Shown: in pieces, positions 30,001 through 36,378 of the stretch | How the letters are laid out: every line of letters begins with the position of its first letter | How positions within the stretch are numbered: position 1 is the stretch's first letter | From: Patescibacteria group bacterium | Lineage (GTDB): Bacteria > Patescibacteriota > Patescibacteriia > Patescibacteriales > UBA12465 | Assembly (NCBI GenBank): GCA_041650715.1 | Contig: JBAZKQ010000001.1 | Location: forward strand, 390,945 to 454,944 | DNA length: 64,000 nt | Direction of reading: 5' to 3' | Notes under the pieces: model-generated | Seen by the model: the letters and a program-made list of their open reading frames with translations, nothing else | Databases searched by the model: none | Told to the model about the DNA's origin: nothing | Translations under genes and position numbers: made by a program

Positions 30001-30428
30001 TCAGAAACGTCAACAACTCTTTTGTTCCAGTTGGTGCCGTATAAAGCTGCCGCTTGAGCTTCGCTTTGGATCTTAGATAATACACCGTTTGGTAAAACAG
30101 CATATACAGAAGGATCAGTTGTAATCTTTACTAATTTAGTACCTGCTCTCATTACAACGTTGCCACCCAAAGGATAGCTTTGTAATTCAGTAGCAGGGAT
30201 TGTTACCACGCCGCTGAAATCGCTGTACCAAGACATGTAGGTAGCTTCATTAGGGAAGACATATCTCTTGCCGTCGGAACCAAGGTAATAAACAGAAGAA
30301 AGACCGGCCATCTTGATTAAGTCACCTGCAGAAGCAGAAGCCTTAGCCGTAGGAGCAGTGATGCCCGCGGTCATTATTGCTGTTAATACCATTACGCCGA
30401 CAACTAGGAATTTGCGTAATTTATTCAT
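27015..30428 (-). CDS. Major cell-surface (S-layer-like) protein, 1137 aa
   Basis: Signal peptide with an AKASA cleavage context. No Cys anywhere in 1137 aa; rich in T/S/A/N/V/G; repeated beta-rich modules (LTVPAGQTKTLTVKADVSG, FVIPAGTEVVVEIKGSL). Strong terminator. The N-terminal roughly 120-aa module is shared with the M23 peptidase at 52629-53675. Confidence 0.6.
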   Translation of the reverse strand: MNKLRKFLVVGVMVLTAIMTAGITAPTAKASASAGDLIKMAGLSSVYYLGSDGKRYVFPNEATYMSWYSDFSGVVTIPATELQSYPLGGNVVMRAGTKLVKITTDPSVYAVLPNGVLSKIQSEAQAAALYGTNWNKRVVDVSDAFFTNYTIGAALANGAVPTGSLVKNADNAAIYYFDGTNYRSIASESAFNANKFAWGDVITISNTITAGGNAITSGELHNVAQNGGTGIVVTGSGLMVSLSSNTATSNSVISGQALADLASFNFTAANDGQVIVKGLKLKRIGISGDDSLLNVYLFDGVTRLTDGATFSNGMVSFSSGTGLLTVPAGQTKTLTVKADVSGTTGNVGVSINAASDITSTGAATTGGFPLVGNLMSMTSASGIASTTLTSTIAKTGNTAKAGNMNTIVWSETAVVSNKAVDFKYIAFKQIGSMNVDDLANLSLYVDGTKVGTSALSSNNDLAFNLATPVRLNTGNHTIELKADIIKGSSRTFSFALQTAANAVFTDTNYNVNIAAVASTDVTNGNAITIAPAFTISQGTLSVSADTTFSDTQVVKTANNVTLSRFKVKAFGEDVKVNTLSVAMVTSGSLGAATTTEKINDLAVVVNGNQVGSSKSLTLVGGANATYTALDFGTSNLFVIPAGTEVVVEIKGSLALDSNTLMTNVKANISSISGQGVTSYLPVTSAATPANNSLSIVSGSMTVAQNTNVQGQYVSKNTQKVKIGSYIVSAGPAEGVNISNIRVNMLASSTSADLNNISNLYISENTSPVNPQANNDFNTNLTVDKSQSKTIDVYADLGDIANASTTQTALVVTYKTTVTQSFGTTNAVNGQMMTLASASLATPTNVSDTPVSGFVLGGTTSTAGNFKFVATNGAATINELYFDVVSSVSAISQITVDGVTAPVVSGKVTMTGLNTAIAAGLQGTQVEVKAAYNNVSSTGQGGVATGNTVHISLTGMKYTVNGTQMTDAAGSYTVATNDMTLVASYPTVVDASNYASKLLVPSGKSEVMRFTVAATGPNPVNIDAVSFKPFFDYTISGGKGIVIEDAANLGTDLASTTAPAVFTTSGALATANLKSTITINSGSTKTFVVFVDNTGTVATGNYFRMDLKNDGWKWNDGTISTFLGGTYIKDFVGTTFQK

Positions 30429-30875
30429 AAATAATAGTTAATGTTCTTACTAAATGTCTAAACATTTGAGTTTAAACAATTCAGAAAGAATCTGTTCAAT
30501 TTGCCGCGTCGACATTTCGTAATTCGTTTAAGCGGTAAATCAGTCGGAATCCCGCTCCGCCAGCCGGTTTGGGCTTAAGGCGCTTTGAGCGCGTGTTGTC
30601 CGCCTGCTGGAGAAAAGCTTAACCGATTTACTTTTTTACAAATTTGAGAATTGTTTTCGCTTTAAATTGAAATAATAAGATTAATTAGTGATAAACCATC
30701 TCCATCAGGAGACTCGGCCTTTACCAGGTTTACCGATCCGCAACTGCGGATTTGTTAGTTTAGCTCCGTGGCTTGTCCGTGATAGGATGAGAAACTCTTC
30801 CAGCCAGGAGTGACCATAATCAGGAGATAAACTAACAAACACGCACTTAATAAAAACGCGTACTTTTTATATTAA

Positions 30876-31730
30876 TTAATTTTTAATAATAATGTCTACT
30901 TCTTTTAACTTATCTGACGCCTTACTATAATCTTTCTGATCAAATAATAATTTTGCTTCATCTAAAATCGTATCAGTGCTGGAGGCGGTGCTAACCGTTT
31001 CTAAATTATCGGAACTCGTCGCCACTAATAAAACATCCGGCGCATTTTTCAAGGCCGGAGATGTCGTCGCTTTTATAGTAGATGGATTTGAACCCGTCGC
31101 TTGGCCGCTCACAAATACTTCAACGCCGCTCCCGTCCTTTAAGCTATTAGCCATCGTTACAGTATCGCTGGCGTTCAAAGTTGCACCGGTATCAATCGTC
31201 GAATTCGTCTTAACGCTCTTAGTATTTAAATAAGCGATATGGGTTTTTACATTATTAATCTCTTCATTAAAACTATCATTTAATTTCGCGACCTGGTCTT
31301 GATTACTCTCGTTATTAAATGCCGGGTCAGCTAAGACGTCGGAAATATCCTGAGCATGTTCGGTCGCAAATTGCACCGCTAATTTATTACGATCGTCGGT
31401 ATTTAAAACGGTATTAAGCTTGGCCTTCTCGGAAATAATCCGCGCGATATATAAAGAGTCATTCGGTTTCGCGCTGCTAAAAACATTATGACTAAAAATA
31501 CTGCCGGTAATCAGAATTAAAACAAAAGCACCCAAGGCATAGGCCGGTTTCGCGGAGGCCTTCATCAGGCTACTAAAGTTAATCGCAAAAATCTGCCACG
31601 CGGATAATTCCCGCGCGCCGGAGTTAGAAATCTGGGATAATAAAAGCTCCCGATTACTGGCAAGCCAAGTCGAGTCGGGCGCAATGCTTTTTAGAGTATT
31701 CAATTTTCCCACTAAATCTTTATTGGTCAT
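30876..31730 (-). CDS. Membrane-anchored DUF5667-like protein, candidate anti-sigma/partner of the upstream ECF sigma
   Basis: 284 aa with a central TM (PAYALGAFVLILITGSIF) followed by PNDSLYIARIISEKAKL, which resembles the DUF5667 signature. Sits 33 nt downstream of the sigma-factor gene. Confidence 0.5.
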   Translation of the reverse strand: MTNKDLVGKLNTLKSIAPDSTWLASNRELLLSQISNSGARELSAWQIFAINFSSLMKASAKPAYALGAFVLILITGSIFSHNVFSSAKPNDSLYIARIISEKAKLNTVLNTDDRNKLAVQFATEHAQDISDVLADPAFNNESNQDQVAKLNDSFNEEINNVKTHIAYLNTKSVKTNSTIDTGATLNASDTVTMANSLKDGSGVEVFVSGQATGSNPSTIKATTSPALKNAPDVLLVATSSDNLETVSTASSTDTILDEAKLLFDQKDYSKASDKLKEVDIIIKN

Positions 31731-31762
31731 ACACCTTAATATACGGCGTTTTGCTTAATGTG

Positions 31763-32404
31763 TTACAGCTGATTTTCGTTTTGGCTCAGCTCTGTATTTG
31801 TCTCTTCCTTATTTATCTCTCCCTCGTTCTTAGTGTCCGCCTCAACTAAGCCCCGCAACGCGTTTAGGGCGCGGTGCAATAAAACACGGACATTTCCCTT
31901 TGTTTTTCCACTAATATCGGCTATTTCTTCAAGGCTAAGATCACTTACAAAACGCATGATAATTACTTCGCGATATTCCTCTTTTAATTGCGGCAATTTA
32001 CTTTTAATAAGTGCTAAATTTGCGGCCGCGTCCATCTTTTCCTGGGGTTCTGGTGTCTCATCAACCACATCAATCTTATTATCCTCATCATCAAGCGAAG
32101 CTGTTATTTTATGGCTTTTTTCGCGATAATAATCAATAATCGCATTGCGCGCTATCTTATATAATAGAGCGCGTAAGGTTTTACTATCCTCCAGACTATT
32201 ATTCTGAATATGATTCCAGGTTTTTAAGAATATAACAGACGTTAAATCATTAGCCTCTTCCCGGCTGCCGATTTTGAAATAGACAAAACGGTAGATATCA
32301 TTAACACTGGCATCATAAACCTTAATAAAGGCCTCTTTATCGTGGCTTTTAAGCTTACTGAAAGTTTGTTTATTCTTAAATTTTTCAACAAGATTATTTG
32401 GCAT
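31763..32404 (-). CDS. ECF-type RNA polymerase sigma-70 family factor
   Basis: Region 2: IYRFVYFKIGSREEANDLTSVIFLKTW ... LYKIARNAIIDYYR. Region 4: EVIIMRFVSDLSLEEIADISGKTKGNVRVLLHRALNALR. Confidence 0.9.
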   Translation of the reverse strand: MPNNLVEKFKNKQTFSKLKSHDKEAFIKVYDASVNDIYRFVYFKIGSREEANDLTSVIFLKTWNHIQNNSLEDSKTLRALLYKIARNAIIDYYREKSHKITASLDDEDNKIDVVDETPEPQEKMDAAANLALIKSKLPQLKEEYREVIIMRFVSDLSLEEIADISGKTKGNVRVLLHRALNALRGLVEADTKNEGEINKEETNTELSQNENQL

Positions 32405-32794
32405 GTTTACTGTGTTTTAAACACAAAATAGGTTAAATGTTTTTAACAAAAAATAACGGGAAAATTCAGACCCGCCACCGCTCAAATTGTTTTTAATTCT
32501 TATGCCTATGTTAGCATTATACGCCGTAATATGCAAGAAAAATCCTGCTTTAATAACCCGGATCAATCAAAGATTGCAGGGGGATTAAAAATAGGAAAAT
32601 CGCTCATTCCCTGCCTACTTGGAGTCGGTTTCCCCGCTTCTTGACTTATTTCAAAATAAGATTAAGATATTAAGACTTAAGTCTATACGGATTTGGACTT
32701 AAAAAAGAGTGCTTACAGATAAGTCAACTTGAAACAGAACGCAAGACTTTAAACGATACATATTTGACAATATTTTCCTAAAATTGTTTACTTG

Positions 32795-32814
32795 AGTCTA
32801 AACTATCTTAGACT
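32795..32814. promoter_or_regulatory. Inverted repeat AGTCTAA-N6-TTAGACT (candidate operator)
   Basis: Perfect 7-bp arms at 32795-32801 and 32808-32814, just downstream of a TTGACA hexamer (32764-32769). Confidence 0.5.
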
Positions 32815-32852
32815 GAAATAAGATTTTATTTTTTAATTAGCTAATTTATATA

Positions 32853-32880
32853 TTTAAGTCTAAGCTATTTTAGACTTAAA
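32853..32880. promoter_or_regulatory. Inverted repeat TTTAAGTCTAA-N6-TTAGACTTAAA (candidate operator)
   Basis: Perfect 11-bp arms at 32853-32863 and 32870-32880, ending 10 nt before the ATG of the HTH gene at 32891. Same core as 32795-32814 and the palindrome AGACTTAAGTCT at 32673-32684. Confidence 0.6.
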
Positions 32881-32890
32881 TACCTAAAAA

Positions 32891-33157
32891 ATGGAAAGTA
32901 TCGTAAATTTTCCAACTAAAGCAGTTAAATATCCGATTTGGGTTTCAGTATCCGAAGCGGCCAGTTTGGGTGGCGTACAGGGGAAAACTATCCGTCGCGC
33001 CATTAAGTCTGATCCAAATTTGCATTATAAGATTGTTAAAAACAGATATCAGATTGAGCTTGGTTCCCTCCTCTTGTTTTTCCACAAGAACACGAAGCTC
33101 AAAAATAAACTTAACGAATTTGGTTTAGGCCAATATGTCAGCGAGTGGCAAGCCTAA
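32891..33157 (+). CDS. Small helix-turn-helix DNA-binding protein (excisionase/MerR-like HTH_17-type)
   Basis: 88 aa. WVSVSEAASLGGVQGKTIRRAIKS fits the short HTH seen in Xis/AlpA-type proteins. Confidence 0.55.
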   Translation: MESIVNFPTKAVKYPIWVSVSEAASLGGVQGKTIRRAIKSDPNLHYKIVKNRYQIELGSLLLFFHKNTKLKNKLNEFGLGQYVSEWQA

Positions 33158-33196
33158 CCATTTCAGATATAAAGAGGAAAGCAAGTGTTAATCAAG

Positions 33197-33227
33197 AAAA
33201 CCGATCTCATAGGGGTCGGTTTTTTTG
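33197..33227 (+). terminator. Intrinsic terminator after the HTH gene
   Basis: AAAACCGATC-TCATAGG-GGTCGGTTTTTTT. The stem includes a G-U pair that works only on the plus strand. Confidence 0.75.
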
Positions 33228-33321
33228 TTGGTTTTATCCACAGGCGGTGATGGAATTTAGAATATATTCATATTCAGATTGTTAAAATATTTAAATAATC
33301 ATATTTAATATTCTAAAGCTT

Positions 33322-34167
33322 ATGAATGAAGAAAGATTGTCTCTATTCCAGGGTCAAAAGGTGCGAAGAATTGTTTATAATAATGAGTGGTGGTTTTCTG
33401 TTATCGATGTTGTCGCTATTTTATCTAAGAGTACGAATCCGCGAGATTATTGGTTTAGAATGAAACAAAGAGTAAAAACTGATGAAGGATCCGAACTGTC
33501 GACACTTTGTCGACAGTTGAAAATAATTTCTGAAGATAAAAAATTGCGCATAACCGACTGTGCGACTACCGAGGGTTTATTTCGGATAATTCAGTCTATC
33601 CCCTCGCCTAAGGCCGAACCCTTCAAGCGCTGGCTGGCCAAAGTAGGCTACGAGAGAGTTAAAGAAATCGAAGATCCAGAGTTGGCCAGTAAGCGAGCGC
33701 GGGCATTATACAAGCTAAAAGGTTATAACGAAGCTTGGATTGAAAAACGAATCCGCGGCATTGCGATACGCGAAGAGCTAACCGATGAATGGCATAAAAG
33801 ACAAATAAACAAACAAAGAGAATATGCTATTTTAACTGCTGAGATATCTCAAGCTACCTTTGGTATGACCCCGTCCCAATATAAAAAATTTAAAGGTTTA
33901 ACAAGAGAAAACTTGCGCGATCATATGGACGACTTAGAGCTTATTTTCTCTATGCTGGGCGAGGCCTCAACCACCAAGATTACCCGTGCCAAAGACCCCC
34001 ACGGATTCATAGAGAACAGATTAACTGCAAAAAGAGGTGGCAAAATTGCCGGTACCGCCCGAAAAAGTCTTGAATTAGCGGCAGGCGAAAAAGTAATAAC
34101 GCAAAACAATTTTCTGACCAAACCCCAAAACGGTAAATTAGTTGAACCAACGGCTGGCATGAACTAA
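33322..34167 (+). CDS. Bro-N domain protein (phage antirepressor / DinD-like)
   Basis: N-terminus FQGQKVRRIVYNNEWWFSVIDVVAILS (Bro-N), then SPKAEPFKRWLAKVGYERVKEIEDPELASKRA ... WIEKRIRGIAIREELTDEW, typical of Bro/DinD-like proteins. Confidence 0.65.
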   Translation: MNEERLSLFQGQKVRRIVYNNEWWFSVIDVVAILSKSTNPRDYWFRMKQRVKTDEGSELSTLCRQLKIISEDKKLRITDCATTEGLFRIIQSIPSPKAEPFKRWLAKVGYERVKEIEDPELASKRARALYKLKGYNEAWIEKRIRGIAIREELTDEWHKRQINKQREYAILTAEISQATFGMTPSQYKKFKGLTRENLRDHMDDLELIFSMLGEASTTKITRAKDPHGFIENRLTAKRGGKIAGTARKSLELAAGEKVITQNNFLTKPQNGKLVEPTAGMN

Positions 34168-34204
34168 TAAAAAAACCACCCCGATTCCGAGGGGTGATTT
34201 TTTA
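34168..34204. terminator. Bidirectional intrinsic terminator between the Bro-N gene and HU
   Basis: AAAAAAACCACCCC-GATTCCGA-GGGGTGATTTTTT. Confidence 0.8.
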
Positions 34205-34238
34205 TGTTGAGTCACTAATTTTCTTACGACTTTACGAA

Positions 34239-34520
34239 TTATAGAACAGTGTCCTTAACCGCTTTCGCTAAGCGAAATTTAACAACGGTCTTGGCAGGGA
34301 TTTTGATAGTAGCACCAGTCGCAGGATTGCGGCCGTCTCTTGCCTTTCTTTTTACCTTTACTAATTTACCGAAACCAGGAACGATGCATTCACCAGTCTT
34401 CTTAACTTCTTTGTAAACGACGTCTGCTAACTTTTCCATGAAGCCGGCTGTGTCTTTTTTGCTCAAGCCAGTTTCTTCAGATAAATTAGCAATCATCTGC
34501 GATTTTGTCATTTTTGACAT
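34239..34520 (-). CDS. hup: Nucleoid-associated DNA-binding protein HU
   Basis: MTKSQMIANLSEETGLSKKDTAGFMEKLADVV ... GFGKLVKVKRKARDGRNPATGATIKIPAKTVVKFRLAKAVKD is a full HU/IHF fold. Start placed at the ATG at 34520 (or 34511); the ORF-track extension to 34577 adds 19 non-HU residues. Confidence 0.92.
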   Translation of the reverse strand: MSKMTKSQMIANLSEETGLSKKDTAGFMEKLADVVYKEVKKTGECIVPGFGKLVKVKRKARDGRNPATGATIKIPAKTVVKFRLAKAVKDTVL

Positions 34521-34681
34521 AATTTTAGCATGGGGCTTATCAATAAACTCATAAGCGAGATTAATGATAATGTCCATTATAAATGATTGTTATTAAAATT
34601 AATTAATAAACTATTTAATAATTCTTAGTATTATCGGGGTTTTCAACAGGCCCCTTTTAAATGACCAATGATTACTTAGGT

Positions 34682-34710
34682 ATTATAGCACACCTTAAAT
34701 AATATGCCAA
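34682..34710 (-). promoter_or_regulatory. Predicted strong promoter of HU
   Basis: Minus strand TTGGCA-17 nt-TATAAT (plus coordinates: -35 at 34705-34710, -10 at 34682-34687), directly after the SET gene stop. Confidence 0.6.
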
Positions 34711-34720
34711 TAAATACAGG

Positions 34721-35461
34721 CTATTTTTGCGCTAACACTTTCCCGTCGGCAATACCCCAAATACTTAGTCCTAAACGTTTAAATTTTAGAACCCGGCCGC
34801 TTGAGCGCAACTGACGTCTTAAAGCAGATAAACTCGGCACTTTCTCATCTTCTAAAACAAGGGGCTTTATCGTTAAATTAGCAAACAAATTAAAATTGGG
34901 AAAATCTTTTATACTCTTCGGATAATGTGATAGGGCTTGTAAAATCGTTCCCGGCTTCTGGGCTGTAAATTTTTGCCCGCGTGTTTGCGCCCGACAAAAA
35001 GCGCCGAAGCGTAAAAGCCTTTCATCGCTCGTATACATCGTGCCACGGCAATTAGAACTCCCGCAGAAACAGGCGTGTAAAAGACCGTCCGGAGCGTCCG
35101 GATCAAAACTGTAGTCAATCGTTAACTCCTCACCCGGCCAAATTTTCCGTAAAGAAAAAAATAAAGTATGGCCATAATAAAAATAAGTATCGCAATTCGG
35201 AGCGCAGGAATGATTAAATAAATGAACTCCAGGTGCCTTCACGTCCACCGGGAAGATAGACAAACCGTTATCATTATAATCCATGGAATAGCAAGAATTA
35301 TTATGCACTTTCTCAAGAGCATCTATTTCTTCGTCCTTAATAATACGGCCGATATAATCGCCGATTAAAGTACCGGCGGGAATTTCCTTTTGCGCAAAAA
35401 CGCCCAGGCCTTTCTTTTTTGTTTTTCGAATTTGATAAAAATCTTGGGAAATAAGAAACAT
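34721..35461 (-). CDS. SET-domain protein-lysine methyltransferase with post-SET Cys cluster and unique roughly 100-aa C-terminal tail
   Basis: GLGVFAQKEIPAGTLIGDYIGRI, FNHSCAPNC (NHSCxPN), GEELTIDYSF (ELxxDY), CFCGSSNCRG (post-SET CxCxxxxC). Confidence 0.9.
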   Translation of the reverse strand: MFLISQDFYQIRKTKKKGLGVFAQKEIPAGTLIGDYIGRIIKDEEIDALEKVHNNSCYSMDYNDNGLSIFPVDVKAPGVHLFNHSCAPNCDTYFYYGHTLFFSLRKIWPGEELTIDYSFDPDAPDGLLHACFCGSSNCRGTMYTSDERLLRFGAFCRAQTRGQKFTAQKPGTILQALSHYPKSIKDFPNFNLFANLTIKPLVLEDEKVPSLSALRRQLRSSGRVLKFKRLGLSIWGIADGKVLAQK

Positions 35462-35465
35462 AATT

Positions 35466-36371
35466 TTATTTAAGTTGTATAAACTCGTATTGCGCTATTT
35501 TATCAAAATGCCAGAGAAGTTTCCAGCCGCAATCGCCCAGACCGGCGTCAAAATAATCCGCTCCGGCCTTAATGGCCAATTCAATATTTACTTTATTTAA
35601 ATACTTGCCTACTCCCGGATAAGTTTTAAAACTCGTGCCGGTTATTAAATAATGCCAATTACCCTGATATAAAACTGCGAGCGAGGCCGCGATTGTTTCG
35701 CCCTGATGGCGCAGGCTTGTCAGGCGCCAATCAAATTTTGCGCTTGCAACGAGCTCTCGCCAAGCCTCTTTTTCCTTCGGGAGATATGATTCCTCGGCAA
35801 AATTATTAATATTTAAGGTAAAAAGCGTATCAAGATCGCTCAGATTATTAAGGATAATCTCGGGCTCCAGAGCTTCAACCGCCGCCAATTCTTTTTCCAG
35901 ACTGTGTCGTCTTTTCGGTGATAGTCGATTCTTCAAAAAGTCAGCAAAACTATTTAAGCCCTTCAAGGGCAGAACATATTTATAGTCTTCTATTTTTAGC
36001 CCGGTCGTAAATTCGTCCTCTCCGGAAATATCATAAATCTTAACTTTGCCCTGACCATGCAGACTTTCGTAGAGCTTTTTAATAAGCGTTTCGTAGCCGC
36101 TTTTAACAAATACCCGATTTTCTTCACAAGGTTCTTCCGCAAACATTTCTTTTCCGCCCCAATCGCTGCTAACCTGCAACGGCATTAATCCAACCGGTTC
36201 TTTTTTATTATCTACCGCCTCATAAGCGGCTATAAAATACAAAGGGTACGGTTCATATTTATAAAAACCGTACCGAAAATCCCAGTCATCAAAGATAACC
36301 CGTTGTGGTGATAACGCCCGCCACAAAGCTTCCGCCTCTTTTAGGTCTTGAATTACTTGAATTTCTATCAT
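35466..36371 (-). CDS. GNAT-fold acyl/aminoacyl-transferase of the CelD/BioF2/FemAB-like (Acetyltransf_6-type) group
   Basis: 301 aa. N-terminal LKEAEALWRALSPQRVIFDDWDF and C-terminal HYLITGTSFKTYPGVGKYLNKVNIELAIKAGADYFDAG resemble CelD-like GNATs. Family assignment is by eye only. Confidence 0.55.
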   Translation of the reverse strand: MIEIQVIQDLKEAEALWRALSPQRVIFDDWDFRYGFYKYEPYPLYFIAAYEAVDNKKEPVGLMPLQVSSDWGGKEMFAEEPCEENRVFVKSGYETLIKKLYESLHGQGKVKIYDISGEDEFTTGLKIEDYKYVLPLKGLNSFADFLKNRLSPKRRHSLEKELAAVEALEPEIILNNLSDLDTLFTLNINNFAEESYLPKEKEAWRELVASAKFDWRLTSLRHQGETIAASLAVLYQGNWHYLITGTSFKTYPGVGKYLNKVNIELAIKAGADYFDAGLGDCGWKLLWHFDKIAQYEFIQLK

Positions 36372-36378
36372 ATATAAA

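Noticed and set aside
30429-30875. Attempts to name the structured spacer as SRP RNA, tmRNA, a cobalamin riboswitch or a hammerhead
   Set aside because: - SRP RNA: UUUACCAGGU resembles the 4.5S sequence, but the GGAA tetraloop/AGCAGC helix-8 core is absent.
- tmRNA: there is no GGUUCGA T-arm or tag frame.
- Cobalamin riboswitch: AUCAGGAGAC resembles a B12 box, but the upstream conserved cobalamin core is missing.
- Hammerhead: CUGAUGG is not the CUGAUGA core.

Identity is left open.
33233-33241. Perfect DnaA box TTATCCACA, with near-matches at 3203-3210 and inside rnpB, as a hint of oriC near parAB
   Set aside because: These are single isolated boxes, which are expected by chance in 128 kb of two-strand sequence. 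There is no cluster, no AT-rich unwinding element context, and no dnaA or dnaN gene nearby.
34521-34577. Longer HU start (MDIIINLAYEFIDKPHAKI...)
   Set aside because: HU family proteins start at the M-(T/N)-K-x-(E/Q)-(L/M)-I motif. The extra 19 residues have no counterpart and lie in AT-rich leader sequence. This cannot be fully excluded without proteomics.
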